The notes: a model not told the origin generated them from the sequence alone. Counted from the first letter of the stretch, positions 44,622 to 54,464 are shown. The stretch: 64,000 nucleotides of DNA from an uncultured Actinomycetes bacterium (GCA_963746995.1 CAVVDF010000010.1:25641-89640); one strand, 5' to 3'. Made by a program: numbers and translations.

Positions 44622-44627
44622 TATCTT
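44622..44627 (+). promoter_or_regulatory. -10-like hexamer TATCTT, 7 nt before ATG 44635
   Basis: tatctt-cggaccc-ATG. Confidence 0.4.
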
Positions 44628-44634
44628 CGGACCC

Positions 44635-46524
44635 ATGGGTCGACACTCGCGGTTCTACGCCGCGCCCGCGGAGCAGCCCTCGAAACCGGTCGATCGAGCC
44701 ACGGTGCGCCGGGTCGCCGGCACGTTCCGGCCCTATCGGCGCAAGGTCGGCTTCGTGGGGTTCCTGATCGCGGTCACATCCATCCTCGGCGTGTTCAATC
44801 CGCTGTTGATCGTCTATATCTTCAACAACGGACTGTTCGGGAAGGGAACGCCGGCGACGTGTCTGGGTCAGCCTTGCCCGGATATGCACGTCGTGTTCTG
44901 GGGCACGGCGTTCATGATCGCGATCCCGATCGTTGCGGGTGTGCTCGGGGTCGCGCAGACCTACTACGCCAACGTCGTCGGTCTGCAGGTGATGCAGGAT
45001 CTCCGAGCTTCCTTGTACACGCATCTGCAGAACATGCCGCTCCGGTTCTTCACGTCGACGCGGACCGGTGAGATCCAGTCGCGCCTCGCGAACGACATCG
45101 GGGGCGTGCAGACGGTGGTGACCGATACGGCGTCCTCGATCCTGTCGAACGTGGTGGTCATCATCTCCACCCTCATCGCGATGCTCGCCCTGTCGGTCCC
45201 GCTGACCTTGCTGTCGTTGTGCCTGATGCCGTTCTTCCTGTGGTTGACCGTTCGGGTCGGGAAGGCACGCCGCGAGGTCGCGTCTACGACCCAGAAGACG
45301 ATGGCCGACATGACGGCGGTCACCGAAGAGACGCTGTCGGTCAGCGGGATCCTGTTGTCGAAGACCTTCGGGCGGCAGTCCTACGAGATCGACCGCTTCC
45401 GGCAGGAGAACGAGCGGCTCACCGGACTGCAGGTCCGCCAGACGATGATCGGTCGCTCGTTCTTCGCCGTCGTCGGCACGTTCTTCGCGATCACGCCAGC
45501 ACTCGTGTACCTGGTTGCGGGGATCCTGAACCACGACAACCCGGACACCGTGACCGCTGGATTGATCGTCGGGTTCACCACGCTGCAGTCGCGGCTGTTC
45601 TTCCCGCTCGGGTCGATGTTGCAGGTCTCGACCGAGGTGCAGTCCTCCCTCGCGTTGTTCGACCGCATCTTCGAGTACCTCGACCTGAAGCACGACATCA
45701 CGGACGCGCCGGACGCGGTTCCGCTGACCGATGTTCGCGGGGCGGTGACGTTGGACCGGGTCCGCTTCCACTACGAGAGCGCCGAGGAGATCCCCGAGGG
45801 CGAGGACGATCGAGAGTGGACGATCGACGACGTGTCGCTCGAGATCCAGCCGGGGCAGCTCGCCGCCCTGGTCGGCCCGAGCGGCGCCGGCAAGACGACG
45901 ATCACCTACCTCGTGCCGCGGATCTACGATGTCGACGAGGGCTCGGTCCGGATCGACGATCGCGACGTGCGAACGCTGACGCTCGAGTCGATCGCCGACG
46001 CGATCGGGATCGTGACGCAGGAGACCTACCTGTTCCACGACACCATCCGACGCAACCTGCTCTACGGGCGGCCGGGCGCGAAGCAGGAGGAGCTCGAGGC
46101 GGCCGCGCGCGCCGCGAACATCCACGCGAAGATCGCGGAGCTGCCCGAGGGCTACGACACGATCGTGGGGGAGCGGGGCTACAAGCTCTCCGGCGGTGAG
46201 AAGCAGCGCCTCGCCATCGCGCGTGTGATCTTGAAGGACCCGAAGATCCTGATCCTCGACGAGGCGACGTCCTCGCTCGACACCACGTCGGAGCGGCTCG
46301 TGCAGGCGGCGCTCGAGCCATTGATGCACGGGCGCACGACGATCGCGATCGCGCACCGGCTCTCGACGATCCTGGCGGCGGACGTGATCTTCGTGCTGGA
46401 TCGGGGTCGCATCGTGGAGCAGGGGCGCCACGACGAGCTGATCGAGCTGGGCGGCCTGTACGCGACGCTGTACGAGCAGCAGTTCGCGGATCAGACCGAG
46501 GGCGCGCCGAGCTCCTTGCGATAG
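44635..46524 (+). CDS. ABC exporter, fused permease/ATPase (MsbA-like)
   Basis: Six-TM N-terminal half; GPSGAGKTT, LSGGEKQRLAIAR, ILILDEATS. Confidence 0.92.
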   Translation: MGRHSRFYAAPAEQPSKPVDRATVRRVAGTFRPYRRKVGFVGFLIAVTSILGVFNPLLIVYIFNNGLFGKGTPATCLGQPCPDMHVVFWGTAFMIAIPIVAGVLGVAQTYYANVVGLQVMQDLRASLYTHLQNMPLRFFTSTRTGEIQSRLANDIGGVQTVVTDTASSILSNVVVIISTLIAMLALSVPLTLLSLCLMPFFLWLTVRVGKARREVASTTQKTMADMTAVTEETLSVSGILLSKTFGRQSYEIDRFRQENERLTGLQVRQTMIGRSFFAVVGTFFAITPALVYLVAGILNHDNPDTVTAGLIVGFTTLQSRLFFPLGSMLQVSTEVQSSLALFDRIFEYLDLKHDITDAPDAVPLTDVRGAVTLDRVRFHYESAEEIPEGEDDREWTIDDVSLEIQPGQLAALVGPSGAGKTTITYLVPRIYDVDEGSVRIDDRDVRTLTLESIADAIGIVTQETYLFHDTIRRNLLYGRPGAKQEELEAAARAANIHAKIAELPEGYDTIVGERGYKLSGGEKQRLAIARVILKDPKILILDEATSSLDTTSERLVQAALEPLMHGRTTIAIAHRLSTILAADVIFVLDRGRIVEQGRHDELIELGGLYATLYEQQFADQTEGAPSSLR

Positions 46525-46979
46525 CCGAGCAACACGAACCCGTCGGGGAGCACGTCGTCGGCCATGCGCGTGTAGCCGAGCGAGGCATACATCGCCCGTG
46601 CCGCGGTCATGCGCTCGGTCGTGTGCAACGTGATCTCCGTCTTGCCGACGGCGCGAGCCCGATCCTCGGCATCGTGCATCAGTGCCTTGCCGACGCCCCT
46701 GCCTTGCGCGTCGGGGTCGACGCCGAGCATCCGGATATGGGCGCGGTGGACCTCCAGGGGGTCGTCGTTCGGGTTCACCCGCTCGGCGAGCTCCAAGGTG
46801 AGGCTGCCGACGATCTCGCCGGCCTCGATCGCGACCAAGATCACCGTTCGCGGGGCCCTGCCCGCCACGTCGGCGATCCGCTCGAGGTAGGTCTCGTCGT
46901 AGACCAGGTCGCGGTAAGCCGCAGCCGTGATCCGGCCGGCCTCGGCGTGTTCATCCTGGGTGGACTCTCTGATCAGCAT
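46491..46979 (-). CDS. GNAT family N-acetyltransferase
   Basis: MLIRESTQDEH.., LGVDPDAQGRGVGKALM, YASLGY. ATG 46979. Its 3' end overlaps the ABC gene by 34 nt. Confidence 0.85.
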   Translation of the reverse strand: MLIRESTQDEHAEAGRITAAAYRDLVYDETYLERIADVAGRAPRTVILVAIEAGEIVGSLTLELAERVNPNDDPLEVHRAHIRMLGVDPDAQGRGVGKALMHDAEDRARAVGKTEITLHTTERMTAARAMYASLGYTRMADDVLPDGFVLLGYRKELGAPSV

Positions 46980-47006
46980 CGACTCTGAGGCTACCGTCGT
47001 CCGATC

Positions 47007-47023
47007 GGTCAACATGATTGACC
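47007..47023. promoter_or_regulatory. perfect palindrome GGTCAA-N5-TTGACC abutting the MarR start codon (putative MarR operator)
   Basis: ggtcaacatgattgacc, immediately followed by ATG 47024; lies in the 44-nt spacer between the divergent GNAT and MarR genes. Confidence 0.45.
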
Positions 47024-47485
47024 ATGCCGGGTCGCCACGCGAGGATTGCTGCCGTGACCGACACCACCAGGCTGCTGCTGGAAGCTCGGCGTGCCCTTGC
47101 GGCGGAGCTGGATTCCGATCTGGCCGAACGAGGGTATCCCGATCTGCGCCCCGGCCACGCCGCCCTGTTCCTGTCGGTGGATCGGCGGAGCGGGTCGCGT
47201 CTGACCGACCTGGCCGAGCAAACCCGGCTGACCAAGCAGGCGATGATGTCCATGGTCGACGACCTCGAGTCGCGGGGGTACGTGCGGCGGGTGCCCGACC
47301 CGAGCGACTCGCGGGCGAAGCTGGTGCGCCTGACCGCACACGGGCGGCGCGCGGCGGCCGAGTGCCGCCGGGCGATCCAGGGGCTCGAGCAGCGAACGAA
47401 GCGCATCCTGGGGGACCGGGCGTACGACGCGCTGCGGGACTCGCTCGAAGTGCTCGCCGAGCCGGTCGAAGGTCAGCCCGGCTGA
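47024..47485 (+). CDS. MarR family transcriptional regulator
   Basis: LTDLAEQTRLTKQAMMSMVDDLESRGYVRRVPDPSDSRAKLV (winged HTH). The ORF track starts at TTG 47018. Confidence 0.88.
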   Translation: MPGRHARIAAVTDTTRLLLEARRALAAELDSDLAERGYPDLRPGHAALFLSVDRRSGSRLTDLAEQTRLTKQAMMSMVDDLESRGYVRRVPDPSDSRAKLVRLTAHGRRAAAECRRAIQGLEQRTKRILGDRAYDALRDSLEVLAEPVEGQPG

Positions 47486-47486
47486 G

Positions 47487-48650
47487 TCACGGGGTGCACT
47501 GGTCCACGACGCATTGGTCGATGCGGAGCACGGTGCCCGAATCGTGGAACCCGATCCATGCGTGGCCCCCGTATGCGAAGAGCGACGCGGGGGTCCTGCC
47601 GGGGAGCGGCATCGGGCCCGAGATCACGGCGCCCGTGGCGCCGTCCAGCAGGGTGATGGTCGCCGGTTCCGAAGGATCCGGATCGTCGGTCCCCGTCTTC
47701 GTTCCCATGGCCGACAGAACCCAGACTCGGTGGCCATCTGCCGCAAGGCTCACGGCGCGCGGCACGTCCACTCTCCCGCAATCGGTGAGTGTTCGCATGT
47801 TCAGGCAGTTGATGGCGCTGCCCACCCACCAGAGGTTGTCTCCAACCGCGGCAAGCGCGGTGGGTGTCCGGTCAAGATCGATGGTGGTTACGTCACCCGT
47901 GCGCGGATCGATCCTGATCAATGCGGGATCGTAGTTTCGGGCTGCGAAGAGGTATCCGCTCGCCTCCAGGATCTCGTGCGCGCCGTGTCCAGCGGGGACC
48001 GAGGTGAGAACCGCGCCAGTCGCGGGGTCCACCTGCGAGAGCGATTGCGGGCCATCACCCATGGGCGCGTACGTCGTCACCCAGGTTCCTCCTCCTGCCT
48101 GTGGCCCCGCCTGGAGCAGTTCGCCGATGTAGCCGAGCGCGGAGAGATCCACCTTCGTCGTGACGGAACCCGAAGAATCGACGGTCCACAGTGACGTGCC
48201 ATCCGCGACGAGCACCTTTCCGTTCCCGATCGGCGCGATGAGCGCGAAGTCGTAGTCCCATGGCCCGTGTGCGACCACCTGTGACGATCCTGTTTCCGGG
48301 TCGATAAGGCTGAGTGTGCCGGCACCGAGGACATGGAGGCCTATCGCGTCTTCGGCGGTTCTCCAACCGACGTGCCGAACGACGAGACCGACCTCGAGTC
48401 CGGAAACAGGCTGGGAGGTCGCTGTCGGGCTTGGGGCGGGTGCTGGCGTGGAACCCGGTTCGGGGCCGAGAGCTGAGACCGTCCGCAGCCCCGCGATAAC
48501 CAGCGCCGCGATGACGAGCGCCGTCGCGCCGGTCCCGAGCCGCCGGCTTCGGCGTCTCCGCTCCACACGCGACAGCACCCGCTCGTAGCCGGACGGGTCG
48601 GCGGCGTACGCTCGGGCCCGCTCATCGAGTCGTTCACGAAGCTCACGCAT
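47487..48650 (-). CDS. single-pass membrane protein with extracytoplasmic beta-propeller-like domain, putative anti-sigma factor
   Basis: Short cytoplasmic N-terminus, TM helix GATALVIAALVIAGL, Pro/Thr linker, then ~300 aa with repeated ..G..W(V/I).. strands. 8-nt overlap with the upstream ECF sigma gene. No ZAS motif. Confidence 0.65.
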   Translation of the reverse strand: MRELRERLDERARAYAADPSGYERVLSRVERRRRSRRLGTGATALVIAALVIAGLRTVSALGPEPGSTPAPAPSPTATSQPVSGLEVGLVVRHVGWRTAEDAIGLHVLGAGTLSLIDPETGSSQVVAHGPWDYDFALIAPIGNGKVLVADGTSLWTVDSSGSVTTKVDLSALGYIGELLQAGPQAGGGTWVTTYAPMGDGPQSLSQVDPATGAVLTSVPAGHGAHEILEASGYLFAARNYDPALIRIDPRTGDVTTIDLDRTPTALAAVGDNLWWVGSAINCLNMRTLTDCGRVDVPRAVSLAADGHRVWVLSAMGTKTGTDDPDPSEPATITLLDGATGAVISGPMPLPGRTPASLFAYGGHAWIGFHDSGTVLRIDQCVVDQCTP

Positions 48651-49158
48651 GTCGGCTCTCCGATCCGGCGCGCAGCGCCGTCTTCGCGCGGGAGATCCGC
48701 GCTCGCACCGAGACCGGCTCGATGTCGAGCACGTGCCCGGCCTCCTCCGCGCTCATACCGAGCCACTCCACGAGGATCAGCGCTTCGCGCTGACCACCGG
48801 GAAGGGCCGCGAGCAGGTGTCCGATCTCGTCGCGATCGTTAGCGGCGTCGAGCGGATCGGGCGGCTGTGGGATCGGTCGCCGCTTGAGCCGCACCGCGGT
48901 TCGCCGCAGGCGGCTGCGATGCAGGTTCAGCGCAGTCCGGTACAGATAGCCGACCGGCGAGTCTAGAGCCGAGACCCGATCCCATCGCTCGTACACCCGC
49001 ACCATCGCTTCCTGCGCCACGTCTTCGGACTCGGCCGCATCACCCGTCACTAGGTACAGGGCTCTTCCGAGTCGGTCGTAGTGCTCATGGAAGAACCTCG
49101 TGAACGTGTCGGATCCGATCGCGACGTCGCCGGTGTCCTCGTCGAGTGGGATCACCAT
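48643..49158 (-). CDS. ECF (sigma-70 family) RNA polymerase sigma factor
   Basis: VAQEAMVRVYERW (region 2), EALILVEWLGMSAEEAGHVLDIEPVSVRARISRAK (region 4). ATG 49158. Confidence 0.88.
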   Translation of the reverse strand: MVIPLDEDTGDVAIGSDTFTRFFHEHYDRLGRALYLVTGDAAESEDVAQEAMVRVYERWDRVSALDSPVGYLYRTALNLHRSRLRRTAVRLKRRPIPQPPDPLDAANDRDEIGHLLAALPGGQREALILVEWLGMSAEEAGHVLDIEPVSVRARISRAKTALRAGSESRHA

Positions 49159-49207
49159 CACCTGGCTCCATGAACGGGCGAGCGAGCCCGTTCGTTGCAC
49201 CAGCCTC

Positions 49208-49213
49208 TACCAT
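49208..49213 (+). promoter_or_regulatory. -10-like hexamer TACCAT, 6 nt before ATG 49220
   Basis: taccat-ccgcct-ATG. Confidence 0.4.
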
Positions 49214-49219
49214 CCGCCT

Positions 49220-49711
49220 ATGCCGAAGGAAGCCACCGGCAAGACCGGGGTTCCCGCAGACAAGCGCCTGAAGCCCGAGCGTCCGCGCGACAAGCTCGGT
49301 CGGCCGCTGCCGTGGGATGCCGAGTCGGAGCTGCACCTGCCCGATTTCGACGCGATGACGCTCGAAGAGAACGATCGGATCGCCCGCCGGCTCCTGGCCG
49401 AGCGCAACGTCTTCGGCGCCCACGAGGCCTGGGAAACGGCGTGGAAGAAGGCCAAGGGCACCGGCGAGGAGGAGCTGTTCAAAGGGCTGTCCCAGATGGG
49501 CGCCGGCTATGTGCATCTGTTGCGGGGCAACGCGCACGGGGCGAAGACGCTGCTCAGGCGCGGCGCTTCGCGCGTCGTGACCTACCCGGACGGCACGCGA
49601 GAGATCGCCACCAAGCGCCTCGCCGCCCGCCTCGAATCCGACGCCGCGGCGGTCGAGGCGGGATCGTTGGTCCCTGGCCCCGAGGCGACGTTCGACCCCC
49701 CCGACGTGTAG
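49220..49711 (+). CDS. DUF309 domain protein
   Basis: ..VFGAHEAWETAWKKA..FKGLSQMGAGYVHLLRGNAHGAKTLL.. Confidence 0.75.
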   Translation: MPKEATGKTGVPADKRLKPERPRDKLGRPLPWDAESELHLPDFDAMTLEENDRIARRLLAERNVFGAHEAWETAWKKAKGTGEEELFKGLSQMGAGYVHLLRGNAHGAKTLLRRGASRVVTYPDGTREIATKRLAARLESDAAAVEAGSLVPGPEATFDPPDV

Positions 49712-49763
49712 CCTTGTGCAACAGCCGTTCGGGCAGGCCGCACGGCGCGCACGCGGAGAATCC

Positions 49764-50480
49764 ATGGCCAGTCACCCTCTCGAGATCGAATGGAAGGGTC
49801 GGACAGGCCCGTTCCCCCTGGTATTGGGCCCCGGGGTCTTCAGCCCCACCGCGACGAGCAAGACGCTCGCGGAGGTCATGGAGATCCAGCCGGGCGACAC
49901 CGTGATCGATGTCGGCTGTGGCTCTGGTGTGCTCGCGTTCGTTGCCGCGAAACTCGGCGCCGCGAAGGTTTACGGGGTCGACCTGTCGCTCCGAGCGGTC
50001 GAAGCCGCCAGGGAGAACGCCAAGCGGTTGGGCTTGGAGGCTGTGTGCGAGTTCCGCCAGGGTGACCTGCTGGAGCCCGTCCGCGACGTCCAGGCGACCG
50101 TGCTGATCGGCGACGTCTCGGGCATCCCCGACGACATCGCAGCCGAATCCGGGTGGTTCGACGAGGTGCCCTCGGGCGGCCCGACGGGTTCGGAGCTGCC
50201 GACCAAGTTCCTGCACTCGATCGGCGAGACACTCGCCCGCGGCGGGCGCCTCTACTTGCCGACGGGAACGATCCAGTACGAGAAGCCGATCCTGGACGCC
50301 GCTCACGAGGTCTTCGGCGACCACGTCGAGCAGGTGATCTCGCGCGAGTTCCCGCTCCCGGACCTGGTCGCGAAGTCCAAGGCCGTCACGCAGATGGTGA
50401 AGGACGGGTTCGTGAGCTTCCGTCAGCGCGGCAGCCGGTGGCTCTGGCAGCTCCGGATCTGGCGCTGCGACCGCGTCTGA
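49764..50480 (+). CDS. class I SAM-dependent methyltransferase
   Basis: VIDVGCGSGVLAF (motif I), VYGVDLS, FRQGDLL. GGAGAA lies upstream of ATG 49764. Confidence 0.85.
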   Translation: MASHPLEIEWKGRTGPFPLVLGPGVFSPTATSKTLAEVMEIQPGDTVIDVGCGSGVLAFVAAKLGAAKVYGVDLSLRAVEAARENAKRLGLEAVCEFRQGDLLEPVRDVQATVLIGDVSGIPDDIAAESGWFDEVPSGGPTGSELPTKFLHSIGETLARGGRLYLPTGTIQYEKPILDAAHEVFGDHVEQVISREFPLPDLVAKSKAVTQMVKDGFVSFRQRGSRWLWQLRIWRCDRV

Positions 50481-50481
50481 G

Positions 50482-50988
50482 CTAGCTCGTCGGTCGAAGC
50501 ACGGCGACCGCCGCTACGTCGTAGCCGGCTTCACGCAGGTGGTCGGCCCCGCCACGATCGATCGCGAGCACGATCCTCCGGACGTCCGCGCCGCCATCGG
50601 TCAGCACCTCCGCCGCCCGCCGGACTTGATGGCCGGTCGTGCTCACGTCCTCCAGCAAGGTCGTCACCGCGCCCGAGGGCACCTCGCCTTCGACCTGCGC
50701 TCGTGTGCCGTATTCCTTCGGTTGTTTGCGCACGATGCTCACCGGGAGGCCCGTCTCGAGCGACACCGCGGCGACGAGCAGCATCGCGGCCCCCTCGGGA
50801 GCTCCGAGCAGCGTTGTCTCGGGCGCAAGCAGGCTGGAAACCGCATGCGCGACGTCGCGCAGCAGGTCGGGTCGTGTGAGGAATCGGAACTTGTCGAAGT
50901 AGACCGTCGAGGTCTTCCCCGAGGAGAGCACGAACTCGCCGTGCAATTCGGAGGCCTCGACCATGCGGCGCACAAGGTCATCGCTCAC
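50482..50988 (-). CDS. pyrE: orotate phosphoribosyltransferase
   Basis: ..HGEFVLSSGKTSTVYFDKF.., TLLEDVSTTGHQV (PRPP loop). GTG 50988 (ATG 50964 is the alternative). Confidence 0.9.
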   Translation of the reverse strand: MSDDLVRRMVEASELHGEFVLSSGKTSTVYFDKFRFLTRPDLLRDVAHAVSSLLAPETTLLGAPEGAAMLLVAAVSLETGLPVSIVRKQPKEYGTRAQVEGEVPSGAVTTLLEDVSTTGHQVRRAAEVLTDGGADVRRIVLAIDRGGADHLREAGYDVAAVAVLRPTS

Positions 50989-50996
50989 GGCGCGTG

Positions 50997-51004
50997 AGCA
51001 TAAT
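50997..51004. promoter_or_regulatory. overlapping back-to-back -10-like elements in the 24-nt pyrE/pyrD spacer
   Basis: agcataat: minus-strand TATGCT (50997-51002) lies 8 nt from GTG 50988; plus-strand CATAAT (50999-51004) lies 8 nt from ATG 51013. Confidence 0.35.
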
Positions 51005-51012
51005 CGGTGCCG

Positions 51013-52005
51013 ATGCCCACGACCGAGGAGGCGCCCACGCGCGGCTGGTACGACCGGGTCGGGCGGCGGCTGTTCTTCACCCTGGATCCCGAACGATCGC
51101 ATCGAGTGGCGCTCGCGATGCTTGCCCTCCCGCTTCCGTGGGGCCGGATCGGCCACGCAGTGGCCGATCCGGCGCTCGCAACCGAGGTCGCCGGGGTTCC
51201 GCTCGCCAACCCGATCGGGTTGGCGAGCGGCTTCGACAAAGCCTGTGAGCGCTTCGCGCCGCTCGGCAAGCTCGGGTTCGGCTACGTGGTCGGCGGCACC
51301 GTGACGCGAGCGCCGCGCCGAGGCAACCCGCGCGTACGGATCGCTCGCGATCCTGCACGCCGCGCGCTCGTCAACGCGATGGGCCTGCCGAACCCCGGGG
51401 CCGAAGCCGTTGCGAGGACGCTCGCCGCGCAGCAGCGCACAACCTCTCGGTGGGTCTCGCTCGCCGACGAGGAGCTCGAGGACGTCTGCGCCGCCCACGA
51501 CGTGCTGGTGCCGCACGTCGACGCGTTCGAGCTGAACGCGAGCTCGCCCAACGCCGGCTGGGCGCACCAAGCGGAGCACGTCGCCGACCTGATGGCGGCG
51601 CTCCGCGACCGCGCCGATGTGCCGGTTTTCGTCAAGGTGCCGCCGTTCGTCACCGAGGAGCAGCGCGAGGGCGTGCTCGCCATGGTGCGCGCTGCGGCGG
51701 AGAACGGCGCTGCGGGCATCACCGCCGCAAATACGATCCCGATCGAGGACGTCCGGATGTCGACCGGCCGAGGAGGGCTCTCGGGGGGTCCGCTCACGGC
51801 CAAGACGCCGGAGATCGTCGCGGAGATCGTCGCCGCGACCGACGGGCGGCTGCCCGTGAACGCGAGCGGCGGGATCTTCACCCCGGCCGACGCTCGCGCG
51901 TGCCTCGCGGCCGGTGCCGCGACGGTGCAGGTCTACACCGGGCTGATCTACGAGGGGCCGGCGATCGCCGGTCGCATCGCCACCGGCCTCGTCGCGAAGC
52001 GCTGA
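51013..52005 (+). CDS. pyrD: dihydroorotate dehydrogenase (class 2-like, Ser catalytic base)
   Basis: [29 protein letters not shown]. The ORF is open from GTG 51007. Confidence 0.9.
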   Translation: MPTTEEAPTRGWYDRVGRRLFFTLDPERSHRVALAMLALPLPWGRIGHAVADPALATEVAGVPLANPIGLASGFDKACERFAPLGKLGFGYVVGGTVTRAPRRGNPRVRIARDPARRALVNAMGLPNPGAEAVARTLAAQQRTTSRWVSLADEELEDVCAAHDVLVPHVDAFELNASSPNAGWAHQAEHVADLMAALRDRADVPVFVKVPPFVTEEQREGVLAMVRAAAENGAAGITAANTIPIEDVRMSTGRGGLSGGPLTAKTPEIVAEIVAATDGRLPVNASGGIFTPADARACLAAGAATVQVYTGLIYEGPAIAGRIATGLVAKR

Positions 52006-52130
52006 CGAGCCCCGATCGACCCGACGGTTCGGCGCATCGAACCCTCGAAGCTGGTACGCCGCGTGGGTTTGCCAGCCGTTCACCCGCCCGTCAGACTTGT
52101 CCGCCAACCACGACTTGGGAGGGAGCTTCT

Positions 52131-53234
52131 TTGGCGCAGCCTGCCCCCGTACTTGCCGTACCCGCCGACGGCGTCGCCGTCCAGCTGCAGGGCGTCGTGA
52201 AACGGTTCGGGGACTTCGTCGCGGTGGCGGGTGTGGATCTCGAGGTCCGCGAGGGCGAGTTCTTCTCGATGCTCGGGCCGTCGGGTTCGGGCAAGACCAC
52301 GTGCCTGCGGATGATCGCCGGCTTCGAGCAGCCGACCGAGGGCAAGATCCTGCTCGGCGGGGTGGATGTGTCCCGGCTCGCACCGTACGACCGGGACGTG
52401 AACACGGTCTTCCAGGACTACGCGCTGTTCCCTCATATGACCGTGGCGGAAAACGTTGCGTATGGCTTGATGATCCGCAAGATGGCGAAAGCCGATCGTC
52501 GTGCCCGCGCGGCCGAGGCCCTCGAGATGGTCCGTCTCGCAGAGTATGCCGACCGCAAGCCGATGCAGCTCTCGGGCGGGCAGCGGCAGCGCGTCGCGCT
52601 CGCGCGTTCCCTGGTCTTGCGGCCGAAGGTGCTGTTGCTCGACGAGCCGCTGGGGGCGTTGGACCTGAAGCTGCGCCAGGCGATGCAGATCGAGCTGAAG
52701 GAGATCCAGGAAGAGGTCGGGCTCACCTTCATCTACGTGACGCATGACCAGGAGGAAGCGCTCACGATGAGCGACCGCCTCGCCGTGTTCAGCCACGGGA
52801 GGATCGAGCAGGTCGGCACGCCGGCCGAGGTCTACGAGCGACCGACGACCGGGTTCGTGGCGGGGTTCGTCGGCGTGTCCAACATCCTCGATGGCGAGGT
52901 CGCCGAGCGGATCGTCGGGACGCCCGCCGCCGTCACCGTGCGGCCCGAGAAGATCTCGATGGTGGAGCCCGACGCCGCCGCCGGACCGAACGACTGCACC
53001 GCAACCGGGCACGTCCAAGAAGTCGTATACCTGGGTGCGGTCACCAGGTACATCGTCGAACTCGACGGGGGAGGGTCGCTGGTCGTCTTGCAGCAGAACC
53101 TCTCGACGAGCTCGATGGAGGCCCTGGAGGTGCGAGGCAAATCCGTGCGCCTCGTGTGGGACCGAAGCAGTAACCGTCATGTCGAAGCCCCCGCGGGGGC
53201 ACAGGAAGGCACCGTCGATCAGGAGGGGGTCTAG
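52131..53234 (+). CDS. potA: ABC transporter ATP-binding protein (spermidine/putrescine PotA type)
   Basis: [34 protein letters not shown]-terminal TOBE-like domain. TTG 52131 with GGGAGGGAG 7 nt upstream is the only in-frame start near the conserved N-terminus. Confidence 0.88.
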   Translation: MAQPAPVLAVPADGVAVQLQGVVKRFGDFVAVAGVDLEVREGEFFSMLGPSGSGKTTCLRMIAGFEQPTEGKILLGGVDVSRLAPYDRDVNTVFQDYALFPHMTVAENVAYGLMIRKMAKADRRARAAEALEMVRLAEYADRKPMQLSGGQRQRVALARSLVLRPKVLLLDEPLGALDLKLRQAMQIELKEIQEEVGLTFIYVTHDQEEALTMSDRLAVFSHGRIEQVGTPAEVYERPTTGFVAGFVGVSNILDGEVAERIVGTPAAVTVRPEKISMVEPDAAAGPNDCTATGHVQEVVYLGAVTRYIVELDGGGSLVVLQQNLSTSSMEALEVRGKSVRLVWDRSSNRHVEAPAGAQEGTVDQEGV

Positions 53235-54464
53235 ATGAGGTATCTGGGACGTGGGGCGATCGCGCTTGTAGCGCTGGCGCTCGTGGCGTCGGCGTGTTCG
53301 AACGACTCGTCGAGCAGTGATGCCGGCGGTGACGGCGGCGCCACGCCTGTGTCGTCGATCGGCCCGGGCGAGGGCGCTTTGAACTTGATCGCCTGGGTTG
53401 GCTACACCGAGGACGGCACGACCGCGGGCTACGAGAACTACGACTGGGTCACCCCGTTCGAGAAGGACACGGGTTGCAAGGTCAACGTGAAGTACGCCGA
53501 CAGCTCCGACGAGATGTACAACCTGATGACGAGCCAGGCCGGGCAGTGGGACGGCGTGTCGGCATCGGGTGACTCGTCGAACCGGCTGATCGCTTCCGGT
53601 GCGGTCTCCGCGATCGACCCGTCGTTGTTCGACTTCACCGACGTCATCGCTCCCCTGAACCCGACCACCGGCAGTGACAACAGCCACTACGTGGTCGACG
53701 GGAACATCTACGGCGTGCCGTGGATGTACGGGCCGAACTTCCTGATGTACAACTCCGACGTCGTGAAGCCGGCGCCGACGAGCTGGGACGTCGTCTTCGA
53801 AACGACGTTGAACGGCCAGCCGAACCCGTACAAGGGCAAGATCACCGCCTACGACTTCCCGATCTACATCGCCGACGCGGCGATCTACCTGATGGCCCAC
53901 CAGCCGGACCTCGGGATCACCGACCCGTACGCGCTGACGGAGGACCAGCTGAACGCGGCGGTCGAGCTGCTGAAGGGCCAGTCGACGCTGATCGACAAGT
54001 ACTGGGCGGCGTACACGACCGAGATCGACGGCTTCTCGAACGGCAGCATGGTTGCGGGCACAGCCTGGCCCGTGAACCTGTCGCTCGTCGAGCTCGACCA
54101 TCCGGAGGTCATGCCTGTGGAACCGAGTGAGGGGATGAGCGGTTGGGCTGACACCTGGATGATGTCGAGCAGCGCGCCGGACCCGAACTGCATGCTCGAG
54201 TGGATGCAGTACTCCCAGCAGCCGGAGGTGCAGGCGGAGACCGCCGAGTACTACGGCGCCGCGGCCAGCAACACGGCGGCGTGCCCGATCCTACGGAAGT
54301 CGTTGCAAAAGCAGTTCGACTTCGGCTACGCGGTCGACACCGTCCGCTACGGCTACTGCGGCGACGAGCAGTTCCTGAACGACCTGTGGCTGTGGCGCAC
54401 GCCGCAGTCGCCGACGGACTACTCCGAGTGGCAACAGAAGTGGATCGAGATCCGAGGCGCATAG
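53235..54464 (+). CDS. potD: ABC transporter substrate-binding lipoprotein (PotD/PotF-like)
   Basis: Signal peptide with lipobox LVASAC; periplasmic-binding-protein-like sequence. The ATG follows the potA stop directly. Confidence 0.85.
   Translation: MRYLGRGAIALVALALVASACSNDSSSSDAGGDGGATPVSSIGPGEGALNLIAWVGYTEDGTTAGYENYDWVTPFEKDTGCKVNVKYADSSDEMYNLMTSQAGQWDGVSASGDSSNRLIASGAVSAIDPSLFDFTDVIAPLNPTTGSDNSHYVVDGNIYGVPWMYGPNFLMYNSDVVKPAPTSWDVVFETTLNGQPNPYKGKITAYDFPIYIADAAIYLMAHQPDLGITDPYALTEDQLNAAVELLKGQSTLIDKYWAAYTTEIDGFSNGSMVAGTAWPVNLSLVELDHPEVMPVEPSEGMSGWADTWMMSSSAPDPNCMLEWMQYSQQPEVQAETAEYYGAAASNTAACPILRKSLQKQFDFGYAVDTVRYGYCGDEQFLNDLWLWRTPQSPTDYSEWQQKWIEIRGA

Noticed and set aside
42649-46431. 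1260-aa ORF on the minus strand spanning antisense to four plus-strand genes
   Set aside because: Its translation is Arg/Gly/Pro/Asp-rich low complexity with no motifs. The opposite strand encodes four clearly recognisable proteins (GDPD, hypothetical, UDG, ABC exporter). Long stop-free antisense frames are expected in DNA this GC-rich.
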